DNA of 60,210 nucleotides, counting the filler, from Actinomycetales bacterium (GTDB lineage Bacteria; Actinomycetota; Actinomycetes; Actinomycetales; CAVURS01), in the NCBI GenBank assembly GCA_045807245.1. It is 3 parts of 3 records of this genome, joined end to end, with 100 filler letters (N's around TTAATTAATTAA, not from the genome) between each part and the next. Parts side by side here need not be neighbours in the genome. Positions count along the whole stretch, not along the records: positions 15,534 to 39,820 come from JBJMHS010000087.1; 2 more parts are not named here. One strand, given 5' to 3'. The notes beneath the pieces were generated by a model. It was not told the origin of the DNA. It searched no databases and worked only from the letters and a program-made list of their open reading frames with translations. Of the stretch, positions 19,348-28,217 are shown piece by piece; positions within the stretch are counted from its first letter, which is position 1, and the number at the start of each line of letters is the position of its first letter. The position numbers and the translations under genes were made by a program.

Positions 19348-19929
19348 TCAGGCCTCGCCCTGCTCGTCCGCCGGCGACGCACCAGCAGCCTCGTCGGCCG
19401 GCGCGGCAGCAGCCGGCTCGTCGGCCGGCGCGGCAGCAGCCGGCTCGTCGGCCGGCGCGGCAGCAGCCGGCTCGTCGGCCGGCGCGGCAGCAGCCTGGTC
19501 GGCAGGCGCCGGAGCCGGCTCCTCGCTCGCGGCCTTGGCCGCCTTGCGGGCCCTCGGCGTCGTGGCGCCGGCGGCCGCCTTGTCGCCGTCGCTCTCCTTG
19601 GCCGCGGCCTCGAAGACAGCCTTCTTGTCCGCCTTGGGCTCGGCGACCCTCAGGGTCCCTTCCTGCCCGGGCAGCCCCTTGTACTTCTGCCAGTCCCCGG
19701 TGATCTTGAGCAGTGCGAGCACCTGCTCGGTCGGCTGCGCGCCCACCCCGAGCCAGTACTGCGCGCGGGCGGAGTCGACCTCGATGAGGGACGGCTCTTG
19801 GGTCGGCTGGTACTTGCCGATCTCCTCGATCGCCCGGCCGTCGCGCTTGGTGCGCGAGTCCGCGACGACGATGCGGTAGTGCGGCGCCCGGATCTTGCCC
19901 AGGCGCTTGAGACGGATCTTGACGGCCAC
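19348..19929 (-). CDS. rpsP: 30S ribosomal protein S16 with a long Ala/Pro/Glu-rich C-terminal extension
   Basis: [12 protein letters not shown]...YRIVVADSR...[12 protein letters not shown] follows AGGAG. Confidence 0.96.
   Translation of the reverse strand: MAVKIRLKRLGKIRAPHYRIVVADSRTKRDGRAIEEIGKYQPTQEPSLIEVDSARAQYWLGVGAQPTEQVLALLKITGDWQKYKGLPGQEGTLRVAEPKADKKAVFEAAAKESDGDKAAAGATTPRARKAAKAASEEPAPAPADQAAAAPADEPAAAAPADEPAAAAPADEPAAAAPADEAAGASPADEQGEA
19390..19496. repeat. In-frame 27-bp tandem repeat (about 4 copies) in the rpsP tail
   Basis: Unit GGCTCGTCGGCCGGCGCGGCAGCAGCC encodes (AAAAPADEP)n. Confidence 0.85.
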
Positions 19930-20068
19930 GGTTGTGGTCACTCCTGTGTCAGCTGGGTGAGCCCGGCTCGGCCCGGTGGGGACACGGGCGAACAAGGCTG
20001 CTGTGGACACGCCCGGCCCGGGTAGAGGGCCGTGCCGGACGGGTACAGCCAGACAGTGTGCCAGATTC

Positions 20069-20671
20069 CTAGCCCAGCGCCGGACCGGCGGCGGCGTACG
20101 CGCACAGACCCGCCCATAACCCGCTCACCAGTGTGCCGATGATGAAGCGCTCGGCCAGCCCGGGCCGGTGCCACGTGCGCAGCTCGGGATATCGCCCCAG
20201 ACCTTTCACGGCGAGGACCACGGCGATGCCCTCCGGCCAGCGCGCGACGAGGGTCGCGAACACCGCCAGCCGCTCCAGCACGCCGATCCACATGCCACCG
20301 CGCAGGATCCGCCCGGCCGAGCGCAGCGAACCCTCGGCCGGCGGAAGGCCCTGCGGCTGGCCCGCGCTCTCATCGCCGTCGCCGCCACCGACGATGTCAA
20401 TGACGTCGTCGCCGTGTCCCGTGTCGACGAGCTCGAAGACGGCGCCGGTGACCTGGCTCCCGCCTAGCGCGGCCGCAACGAGAGCCAGGATCACCACCAG
20501 CGCATGGGCGCGGCCGGTGAGCGCGGAGCCGAACGCTGTGGCGGTCGCTGCACCGGCGAGGAGCAGGACGAGCAGCCCCGCGGGGATGAGCCGGTTCAGC
20601 CGGACACCGGGCAGCAGGGTGGCCAGCAGGGCGAGCGCCGCCCCCAGGCCGGTCAGCACGGCCGCGAGCAT
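20069..20671 (-). CDS. Integral membrane protein, SatE/DUF3307-like C-terminal motifs
   Basis: Several TM helices; [20 protein letters not shown] and [10 protein letters not shown]; start overlaps the upstream stop (TGATG). Confidence 0.7.
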   Translation of the reverse strand: MLAAVLTGLGAALALLATLLPGVRLNRLIPAGLLVLLLAGAATATAFGSALTGRAHALVVILALVAAALGGSQVTGAVFELVDTGHGDDVIDIVGGGDGDESAGQPQGLPPAEGSLRSAGRILRGGMWIGVLERLAVFATLVARWPEGIAVVLAVKGLGRYPELRTWHRPGLAERFIIGTLVSGLWAGLCAYAAAGPALG

Positions 20672-21291
20672 CAGACCTCCCTCGGCCGGCGTGGCTCCTG
20701 CACGCCTCCGGCGCGCCCGACCAACCACGTGAGCAGGGCGCGTCCACGCTGCTCCTCGGCCCAACCTGCCACCCGCAGCCGACTGCTCACGGCCTGCGGT
20801 GTGATGCCCAGCTTGGCGGCCGCCTCCACGCCGTTCGCACCAGCCGCCATCAGGTCGACGACCTCCCAGCCGGCCCGAGTCCGCCGCGACAGCAACGCGG
20901 CCAGCAGCCAGGCCGCCGCTTCGGCACGCTCGGCATACGCGGCGCCCTCGGTGTCCTCGCCTCCCGACACCGCCACGCCGCCGGCTGCCGACTTGGCCGC
21001 CTCGACGGCGCGGCGGGCCGCGACGTAGGCCTCACCCCGGCCGGCCCGGGCGCTGGGCGGCACGGGGTGCTCGACCGTCCCGGCCCCGACGCCGACCCAC
21101 CATCCGGCCCGGACGAGCGCCACCACGACAGCCACCACCGCGGCCGGGTCGTCGAGCAGGCCCTGCACCTCGTCACCGGCCGTGCGCTCGAACGGGCGCA
21201 CCAGCGGGTGGCGGTTCAGCAGCTGCAGGACCGCGGGCACCTGGTCCGGCGCGCTGCGGCTGTCCTTCTGGTCGGCGGTGATGACGAACAT
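20671..21291 (-). CDS. SatD-like protein: nucleotide-cyclase/palm-fold domain plus C-terminal HTH
   Basis: ITADQKDS, FERTAGDEVQG, WVGVGAG and GEAYVAARRA; HTH GVEAAAKLGITPQAVSSRL. Confidence 0.75.
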   Translation of the reverse strand: MFVITADQKDSRSAPDQVPAVLQLLNRHPLVRPFERTAGDEVQGLLDDPAAVVAVVVALVRAGWWVGVGAGTVEHPVPPSARAGRGEAYVAARRAVEAAKSAAGGVAVSGGEDTEGAAYAERAEAAAWLLAALLSRRTRAGWEVVDLMAAGANGVEAAAKLGITPQAVSSRLRVAGWAEEQRGRALLTWLVGRAGGVQEPRRPREV

Positions 21292-21333
21292 GAGGACTCC
21301 TGGACCTTGAGCGATGGCACATAACCGCCGGAC

Positions 21334-21407
21334 TCAAGGACGACGGATTGATTCAGTGAGATCAGAGTAACAGCCTTGATATTGGAAAATCAAGCCTCTG
21401 AGTTTGT
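21334..21407. promoter_or_regulatory. Three phased imperfect palindromes TCAA-N10-TTGA (28-bp period)
   Basis: 21334 TCAA-ggacgacgga-TTGA; 21362 TCAG-agtaacagcc-TTGA; 21390 TCAA-gcctctgagt-TTGT. Confidence 0.65.
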
Positions 21408-21454
21408 CATCCCATCATCGTGGAGGTCATCGAGACACCTAAGCCGCGCCGTCC

Positions 21455-22216
21455 TCAGGGCATCTGGTCGGTCACGCAGAACGGCAGACCGACGACCGGG
21501 TCGCGCAGGACGTGCCAGGTGGCTACCGGGCCCTCGTCGACGGCGCCGAGGTCGACCAGCCGAGCCACCTCGGCCGGGATGTCGTCGGTGCCGAGGTCGA
21601 GATGGGCAGCCGGTCCCTCCCCCGTCCGGTCCAACCGCTGGAGCAGCAGCCGCAGGGCCGGGGCTGCGTCCGCGCCCGGGTCCGGTGGGGTGAGGAAGGT
21701 GAACTCCGGACGCGACGCCGGGTCCGGCGACCAGCCGGTCGCAGCGGCCCAGAAGGCCAGCTCCGCGTCGTACGCCTCGGGGGACACGTCAAGACACACG
21801 TGAGTGACCCGGCTGCGGTGACCGCGGGGCCAGGTCGCGGCGCGCCGCTCTCGTGGGATGCCGGGCCGGGGTTCGTCGTCGCGGACTACGCAGAGGATCT
21901 GGCCGCCCGGCGAACGCAGGATCGGCATCTCCTCGATGGTCATCACCCGGGTGGCGCCCAAGCTCTCCAGCCGGGCTCCGTCCGCCGCCTGGTCCTGGCT
22001 GATCAGGTCCACGTGTACCCGAGGTCCTTCGGCCAGCTCCTGGACCCGCAGGCAAGCCCGCCCGGCCGGCGGCAACAGGCTGCGGAACTGGCCCCGGTCG
22101 CCACGAGGGGTCGACTCGGGCCAGCCTGTGACCGCGGACCAGAAGGCCCGGACGTCGGCCGCGACGGCGGGAGGGACGTCGACGAAGACGTCCAGCCATG
22201 GCGTCGGGACCGTCAA
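21455..22216 (-). CDS. VOC/glyoxalase-like protein (two domains)
   Basis: AFWSAVTGW and AFWAAATGW repeats, HVDL/HLDL, WHVLRDPVVGLPFCVT; probable TTG start overlapping the Rrf2 stop. Confidence 0.8.
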   Translation of the reverse strand: MTVPTPWLDVFVDVPPAVAADVRAFWSAVTGWPESTPRGDRGQFRSLLPPAGRACLRVQELAEGPRVHVDLISQDQAADGARLESLGATRVMTIEEMPILRSPGGQILCVVRDDEPRPGIPRERRAATWPRGHRSRVTHVCLDVSPEAYDAELAFWAAATGWSPDPASRPEFTFLTPPDPGADAAPALRLLLQRLDRTGEGPAAHLDLGTDDIPAEVARLVDLGAVDEGPVATWHVLRDPVVGLPFCVTDQMP

Positions 22217-22680
22217 CGGCTCTCCCAGGCGTCCGGCGCCTCGGCCAGTCGCCGAACGCGCGCCGAGAGCCGGCCGGTGCGCACCTGCTCGACCGTCGTC
22301 GTGTCCAGGACGTCGCGCAGCGCGGCCCGGACCGCGACCCACACGGTGGGCAGGTGCTCCGCCGCTCCGAGGTAGCTCGTCTCGTGCGGACGCAGTCCGC
22401 GCACCTCGGCCAGCGGTCCGTCCACGGCGCGCAGGATCATGCCGATCGTGATGTTCGTCGGCGCGGCGGCGAGGGAGTAGCCCCCGTGCGCGCCCCGCCG
22501 CGTCCGGACCAGCCCCGACCGGCGCAGGTCGCGCAGGATGGCTTCGAGGAACTTGCGCGGGAGCCCTTGCTGGTCGGCCAGCTGCTCGACCGTGGCCAGG
22601 CTGTCCGGGTCCTCGGCCGTGAGGTCGGCCAGGGCCAGCATCGCGCGGACCGCGTAGTCAGACTTCGCGGGGATGTCCAC
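22213..22680 (-). CDS. Rrf2 family regulator (CymR-like, no Cys Fe-S motif)
   Basis: KSDYAVRAM, RKFLEAIL, RRGAHGGYSL and ILRAVDGPLA. Confidence 0.9.
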   Translation of the reverse strand: MDIPAKSDYAVRAMLALADLTAEDPDSLATVEQLADQQGLPRKFLEAILRDLRRSGLVRTRRGAHGGYSLAAAPTNITIGMILRAVDGPLAEVRGLRPHETSYLGAAEHLPTVWVAVRAALRDVLDTTTVEQVRTGRLSARVRRLAEAPDAWESR

Positions 22681-22802
22681 GGGGCTCATCCTGGCATCGC
22701 AGCGTCTGGAAACGCTGCGGACCGGCCCGCGACGCACCCTCGTCACGGCACGGGCCGGTCGTCTGCAGCGGTACGGCGGACGGCGTCCGCCGGACCGACG
22801 GC

Positions 22803-23768
22803 TCAGCTGGCGAGCTGCAAGGAGCGCGCTCCAGGCGTGAGCCTCACGAACACCTCACGCCCGGGCGCGAGGTCGAGCTGGGCGGACGAGGCGCGAGTGA
22901 GCTGCGCGGACATCTCGCGACCGCTGGCCTCCTGCAGGTCCACCCGTACCTCGAAGCCGAGCTTCACGATCCGGCGGACTGTCGCCGGCACAGCGTCCGT
23001 CGTCCGGGTCAGCGACAGCTCGAGGTCGTGCGGGCGGACCAGCTGGCCACCGAGCTGCGTGACCGGACCGAGGAAGCGCATGACGAACTCGTCCTTCGGA
23101 TGGTCGTACAGCGCAGCGGGTGCGCCGGACTGGACGATGCGGCCGCCGGCCAGCACGACGACGTCGTCGGAGATCTCGATGGCCTCCTCCTGGTCGTGCG
23201 TCACGAACACCGTCGTCACGTGGACCTCGTCGTGCAGTCGGCGCAGCCAGGCCCGGAGCTCCTTGCGCACCTGCGCGTCGAGCGCACCGAACGGCTCGTC
23301 CAGGAGCAGCACGTCCGGCTCGACCGCGAGGGCCCGGGCCAGCGCCATGCGCTGACGCTGACCGCCGGACAGCTGCGAGGGCAGCCGCTCGGCGAACTGG
23401 TCGAGGTGCACGAGCTCGAGCAGCTCCATGACCCGCGTGCGGATCTCTTCCTTGCTCTTCTTGCGGACTTCGAGCCCGAAGGCGACGTTGCGGAACACGC
23501 TGAGGTGCTTGAACGCCGCGTAGTGCTGGAACACGAAGCCCACATTGCGCCGCTGAGGAGGCAGGAACGTCGACTCCTGGCCGAGGATGCTGACGGTGCC
23601 CGTGTCCGGCGTCTCGAGCCCGGCGATGATCCGCAGCAGCGTTGACTTGCCACCGCCACTCGGGCCGAGCAGCGCGGTCAGCGCACCGGACTGGACGTCG
23701 AGGTCGATGTTCTCGAGGACGGGTGTGGTGCCGAACGACTTGTTGATGCCACGAACTTGGATAGCCAT
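22803..23768 (-). CDS. cysA: Sulfate ABC transporter ATP-binding protein
   Basis: [30 protein letters not shown] and [11 protein letters not shown]. Confidence 0.9.
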   Translation of the reverse strand: MAIQVRGINKSFGTTPVLENIDLDVQSGALTALLGPSGGGKSTLLRIIAGLETPDTGTVSILGQESTFLPPQRRNVGFVFQHYAAFKHLSVFRNVAFGLEVRKKSKEEIRTRVMELLELVHLDQFAERLPSQLSGGQRQRMALARALAVEPDVLLLDEPFGALDAQVRKELRAWLRRLHDEVHVTTVFVTHDQEEAIEISDDVVVLAGGRIVQSGAPAALYDHPKDEFVMRFLGPVTQLGGQLVRPHDLELSLTRTTDAVPATVRRIVKLGFEVRVDLQEASGREMSAQLTRASSAQLDLAPGREVFVRLTPGARSLQLAS

Positions 23769-24685
23769 CAGCGGGACTCCTTGGGACGCAAGAACTTCGA
23801 GAGCAAGAGGGCAACGCCCGCGATGACCGCGAGCAAGGTGGCGACCGCGAACGCCGACGTCTGGTCGAAGTTCTCGAACCGCTCCTGGACGTACAACGGC
23901 AGCGTCTGCGTCTGCCCGACCAGCCGTCCGGAGACGACAGCCACGGCGCCGTACTCGCCGATCGCGCGGGCGAGGCACAGCACGATGCCGTAGCCGAGCG
24001 CGCCGGAGATCGACGGCAGCGTGATCCGCTTGAACGTCTGAACCGCAGTCGCACCAAGGGTTCTCGCGGCTTGCTCCTGCTCGTCACCGAGCTCCTCGAG
24101 CACCGGCGCGATCGACCGTACGACGAGTGGCAGCGACACGAACACGGTCGCCATGACCATGCCGGGCAGGCTGAAGATGATCTGGATGCCGTGGTCCTCG
24201 AGCCAGCCACCGATCGTGGCGAACCGTCCGTAGACCAGGATCAGCGCCAGGCCGGTCACGACCGGTGAGACCGCCACCGGCAGGTCGATCAGCGCGTCCA
24301 GCAGCCGGCGGCCGGGAAAGCGGTGCCGCACCAGGATCAGCGACACCCCGACACCGAAGACCGTGTTGAGGATCACCGCCAGGACGCTCACCTCGAGCGT
24401 GACCTTCAGCGCGTGTAGGGCATCGGGCTGCTTCAGCGCGTCGAAGAAGGGGCCCAGGCCGTGCTCGAAGGTGCGCCACAGCACGAGGGCCAGCGGCAGC
24501 GCGAGCAGGAGCGCGAGGTACCCGAGAGCGATGCTGCGCAACGTGACCCGGGAGCCGCGCGAGGTGCCGACCAGCTGCACGCCGGGCTTGGCGGACCTCG
24601 AGGACTTGGGCAGCGTGGTGTCGGCAGCCGGGTCCGCGTGCGCGGCGTTCTCCGCGTTCTCCGCGGTGGCAGTGGCGTTAGTCAC
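23768..24685 (-). CDS. cysW: Sulfate ABC transporter permease
   Basis: [20 protein letters not shown] and [10 protein letters not shown]. Confidence 0.88.
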   Translation of the reverse strand: MTNATATAENAENAAHADPAADTTLPKSSRSAKPGVQLVGTSRGSRVTLRSIALGYLALLLALPLALVLWRTFEHGLGPFFDALKQPDALHALKVTLEVSVLAVILNTVFGVGVSLILVRHRFPGRRLLDALIDLPVAVSPVVTGLALILVYGRFATIGGWLEDHGIQIIFSLPGMVMATVFVSLPLVVRSIAPVLEELGDEQEQAARTLGATAVQTFKRITLPSISGALGYGIVLCLARAIGEYGAVAVVSGRLVGQTQTLPLYVQERFENFDQTSAFAVATLLAVIAGVALLLSKFLRPKESR

Positions 24686-25583
24686 GACGGCCTGCCCAGC
24701 GTTGCACGAGGCTCATCAGCAGCAGGACCACGAGCGCGACGACCAGCAGGACGGTCGACACGGCGGCCGCGGCCGGCGTGTTGTCGCCCTCGATCTGGCC
24801 GAAGATCTGGACCGAGGCCACCTGCGTCTTGAGCGGGATGTTTCCCGAGATCAGGACGGTCGCCCCGAACTCGGCGATAGCTCGGGTGAAGGCCAGTGCG
24901 GCGCCGGCCGCGATCGCGGGCGCGATGTTCGGCAGGATGATCCGGCGGAAGGTCAGCCATGGGCTGGCGCCGAGCGATGCCGCCGCCTGCTCCATGTCCT
25001 TGTCCAGCTCGCCAAGCACCGGCTGAACGGTCCGCACGACGAACGGCATCGTCACGAAGAGCAGCGCCAGGCCGACGCCGATCCGGCGGTACGCCAGGTC
25101 GACGTGCACCGGGCTGGACGGGCCGTACAGCGACAGCAGCACCAGGCCGGCGACGATGGTCGGCAGGACCAACGGCAGGTCGATGATCGCGTCGATGGCG
25201 GTCCGGCCGACGAACCGGTCCCGGACGAGGACCCAGGCGATCAGGGTGCCCATCACGCAGTTGACCACCGTGACCACTGCGGCGATCGAGACCGTGAGGA
25301 CGAGAGCGGACTTGGCGTCCGGGCTGCTGACCGCGGACCAGAACGTGTCCCAGCCACCCTTCGTGCCGGTCCACACCACCGCCGCGAGCGGGATGAGGAC
25401 GATGAGCGAGAGGTAGATGACTGCGGTGCCGAGCCCGATCGAGAAGGCCGGGCGGATGGGGCGGCTTCGGCGCCGTTTCATGGGGGAGCCCTCCGCGGGC
25501 GCCCGCCGGTCGTTGCCGACCGGCGGGCCCTGCGAGGCATCCAGCGCGTCACCCGAGGGTGGCGCCGCGACTGGACTTGTCAT
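24678..25583 (-). CDS. cysT: Sulfate ABC transporter permease
   Basis: AWVLVRDRF, IDLPLVLPTIVAG, PFVVRTVQP and EQAAASLGA. Confidence 0.88.
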   Translation of the reverse strand: MTSPVAAPPSGDALDASQGPPVGNDRRAPAEGSPMKRRRSRPIRPAFSIGLGTAVIYLSLIVLIPLAAVVWTGTKGGWDTFWSAVSSPDAKSALVLTVSIAAVVTVVNCVMGTLIAWVLVRDRFVGRTAIDAIIDLPLVLPTIVAGLVLLSLYGPSSPVHVDLAYRRIGVGLALLFVTMPFVVRTVQPVLGELDKDMEQAAASLGASPWLTFRRIILPNIAPAIAAGAALAFTRAIAEFGATVLISGNIPLKTQVASVQIFGQIEGDNTPAAAAVSTVLLVVALVVLLLMSLVQRWAGRRD

Positions 25584-25653
25584 GGTTGGTTGTCCACCTG
25601 CTTCTTGTGTTGTCTCGTGTTGTCGTGCCGTTGAGTAGTGCTGCGGTGCGGGC

Positions 25654-26685
25654 CTACTTCTTGACGGCCACGCCCTTCTTCTGCTCGATCGAGACGAGCG
25701 CGCCCTTCTCCGGGTCGAAGAACTTGGTGGTCGCGGAGTCCCATCCGCCGAGGTCCGCGATCGTGTAGAGCTTCGACGGCTGCGGGAAGTTGGTTCCTGC
25801 CACCTGCACGACGGGGCGGAACCCGTTGTCGGCCCAGATCTTCTGGGCGGCCGGCGAGAGCAGGAAGTCGACGAACGCCTTGGCCTCGGCCGGGTGCGCG
25901 CTGTCCTTGGTGACCGCGATCGGGTTCTCGATCAGGATGTTCGGGTCCGGGACGGTGTAGTCGATCGACTGGCCGTTCTTCTGGGCGAAGAGCACGTCGT
26001 CCTCGTAGTCGAGGACCGCGTCGCCCTTGCCGCCGGCGAAGGTCTGCAGCGCCTTGCGTGCGCTGTCGTCCTGCACCGGGACGTTGCTGAACAGCTTGGA
26101 CAGGTAGTCCATGCCGGCGGCGTCGTCCTGACCGCCGTTCGACTTCGCCGCGTAGCCGGCGAGGATGTTCCAGCGGGCACCGCCGGACGTGAACGGGTTC
26201 GGCGTGATGACCTGGACACCGGGCTTGGTCAGGTCGTCCCAGGTCTTGATGCCCTTCGGGTTGCCCTTGCGGGTGCCGATGACCACGACCGAGTCGGTCA
26301 CGATGCCCTTGGTCGGGCCGGCGGTCCAGCTCGCGTCGACCAGGCCAGCCTTCACCAGGCGGGTGACGTCGGACGCGAGGGCGAAGTTCACCACGTCGGC
26401 CTTCAGGCCCGCGGCGACCGCACGGCTCTGGTCACCCGATGCGCCGTACGACTGGGTGAACTGGATGTTCTTCCCGGCCGACGTCTTCTGGAACGCGGCG
26501 ATCAGCTTGGCGTACGCGGCCTGCGGGACGGAGTACGCGACGAGCGACAGCTTGACGTTCGGGGAGTTGCTGCCCGCGGGGGCGCCGGTCGACGAACCGC
26601 CGCACGCGGACAGCGCGAGTGCTGCGACCGCGGCGATGGACACCGCGGCACTGGTCAGCTTGCGACGAGAGGTACGAGGGTTCAT
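25654..26685 (-). CDS. sbp: Sulfate-binding lipoprotein
   Basis: Lipobox LSAC, SYGASGDQSRAV, TPNPFTSGGARWN and ILIENP. Confidence 0.9.
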   Translation of the reverse strand: MNPRTSRRKLTSAAVSIAAVAALALSACGGSSTGAPAGSNSPNVKLSLVAYSVPQAAYAKLIAAFQKTSAGKNIQFTQSYGASGDQSRAVAAGLKADVVNFALASDVTRLVKAGLVDASWTAGPTKGIVTDSVVVIGTRKGNPKGIKTWDDLTKPGVQVITPNPFTSGGARWNILAGYAAKSNGGQDDAAGMDYLSKLFSNVPVQDDSARKALQTFAGGKGDAVLDYEDDVLFAQKNGQSIDYTVPDPNILIENPIAVTKDSAHPAEAKAFVDFLLSPAAQKIWADNGFRPVVQVAGTNFPQPSKLYTIADLGGWDSATTKFFDPEKGALVSIEQKKGVAVKK

Positions 26686-26736
26686 GAAGGGTTTCTCTCC
26701 TGTGCCTGAAGCGACGGAAACCATCCGTCACTAGTA

Positions 26737-26759
26737 ATTCCTATTGGGTCACTAGGAAT
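26737..26759. promoter_or_regulatory. Palindromic operator upstream of the sulfate operon (likely Rrf2 site)
   Basis: ATTCCTA-N9-TAGGAAT in an AT-rich patch about 50 bp upstream of sbp. Confidence 0.65.
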
Positions 26760-26886
26760 AGTAGACATAGCCCAGGCCTGCCCGCGGTGGTTTCCAGCCA
26801 GCGAGACATGATCGAGACCCGTGTGCGCGGCTTGAGCGCGAGCGGTCACGGCTGGTGACTCAGCGTGCTGGCGGCAGACTGGGCCG

Positions 26887-27654
26887 GTGCTCACCGGGAA
26901 CCGCGCCCTCGTCCGCCGCCCGTCCCCTCGCCTGGCCGAAGGCCTGCTGACGCACCTGGACCGCACGGCGGTCGACGTCGATCTGGCCCAACGGCAGTGG
27001 GCGTCGTACGTCGGTGCTCTGGAGTCGTGCGGCTGGGAGCGCATCGACGTCGCGCCCGCGGCGGAGTGTCCGGACTCGGTCTTCGTCGAGGACACGGTGA
27101 TCGTGTACGGCGACACGGCGGTGGTCACCCGGCCCGGCGCGCCGCAGCGCCGGCCGGAGACTCAGGGCACGCGGGCCGCTCTCGACGGTCTGGGGTTGCG
27201 CATCGTCGACCTGCCGGGCGGGTCGCTCGACGGCGGTGACGTCCTCAGGGTGGGCAACCGGGTGTACGTCGGCCGCAGCGGCCGCACGGACCCGGCCGGC
27301 ATCGCGGCGCTGCGGGAGACCCTGGCGCCGCTGGGCGCGCTCGTCACGGCCGTCCCGGTCACGATGGCGCTGCATCTGAAGTCCGCCGTCACGGCTCTGC
27401 CGGACGGCACCATCGTCGGCTGGCCGCCGGTCGTCGACGACCCGGGATTCTTCCCGCACTTCCGGGCCATGCCCGAGGAGGGCGGCGCACACGTCGTGGA
27501 CCTCGGTGAGGGCCGCCTGCTCATGTCGGACTCGGCGCCGCGCTCGGCCGGCCTGCTCGCCGACCTCGGCTACACGCCCGTCGTGGTCGGGATCAGCGAG
27601 TTCGAGAAGCTCGAGGGCTGCGTCACCTGCCTGTCCGTGCGGTTGCGGGCCTGA
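26887..27654 (+). CDS. ddaH: Dimethylarginine dimethylaminohydrolase
   Basis: CPDSVFVEDT, LDGGDVL, LHLKSAVT and EFEKLEGCVTCLS. Confidence 0.9.
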   Translation: MLTGNRALVRRPSPRLAEGLLTHLDRTAVDVDLAQRQWASYVGALESCGWERIDVAPAAECPDSVFVEDTVIVYGDTAVVTRPGAPQRRPETQGTRAALDGLGLRIVDLPGGSLDGGDVLRVGNRVYVGRSGRTDPAGIAALRETLAPLGALVTAVPVTMALHLKSAVTALPDGTIVGWPPVVDDPGFFPHFRAMPEEGGAHVVDLGEGRLLMSDSAPRSAGLLADLGYTPVVVGISEFEKLEGCVTCLSVRLRA

Positions 27655-27677
27655 CCGGGTCCGGCAGACTCCGGGCC

Positions 27678-28217
27678 ATGGCGACGGTCCTGTACTCGGC
27701 CTCGATGTCCCTGGACGGTTTCATCGCCGGTCCGGGCGGTGACATGCACTGGCTGACGCCGTACCAGGGTCCGGACCCTGCGGTCGACGCCCTCGTGGGC
27801 GACGTCGGCGCCCTGCTGGTGGGCCGGCGCACGCACGACGGGGACGACCCGAACCGCGGGACGGAACAGGAAGGCGCGTTCGGCGGCACCTGGTCGGGGC
27901 CCATCGTCGTGTTGACTCATCGCCGGCCCGAGGCGCCGGTGCCGCACACGACCTTCGTGTCGGACCTTCACGAGGCGGTGCTCACCGCCACAGCGGCGGC
28001 GGGTGACAAGTACGTGAGCATCCTGGGCGCCGACGTCGCGCGCCAGTGCTTGGAGGCCGGGTTCGTGGACGAGATCCTGGTCGGCATCGTGCCGGTGTTC
28101 CTGGGGGACGGCGTCCGGCTGTTCGATGTCAGGGGCGGCCGGGCCGTCCGCCTGGAGCGGATCAGGCTGACCCACTCCGAACACTCGACGAACCTCTGGT
28201 TCCGAGTGCTCCACTAG
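27678..28217 (+). CDS. Dihydrofolate reductase/RibD C-terminal family protein
   Basis: SMSLDGFIAG, LLVGRRT and VDEI...VPVFLGDGVRLF. Confidence 0.85.
   Translation: MATVLYSASMSLDGFIAGPGGDMHWLTPYQGPDPAVDALVGDVGALLVGRRTHDGDDPNRGTEQEGAFGGTWSGPIVVLTHRRPEAPVPHTTFVSDLHEAVLTATAAAGDKYVSILGADVARQCLEAGFVDEILVGIVPVFLGDGVRLFDVRGGRAVRLERIRLTHSEHSTNLWFRVLH

Noticed and set aside
20671..21291. SatD-like HTH gene as a transposase or mobile element
   Set aside because: No DDE, HUH or recombinase motifs, and no terminal inverted repeats or target duplications are visible.
26686..26886. Cys-containing leader peptide upstream of the sulfate operon
   Set aside because: No convincing short ORF between the AT-rich promoter/operator and sbp.
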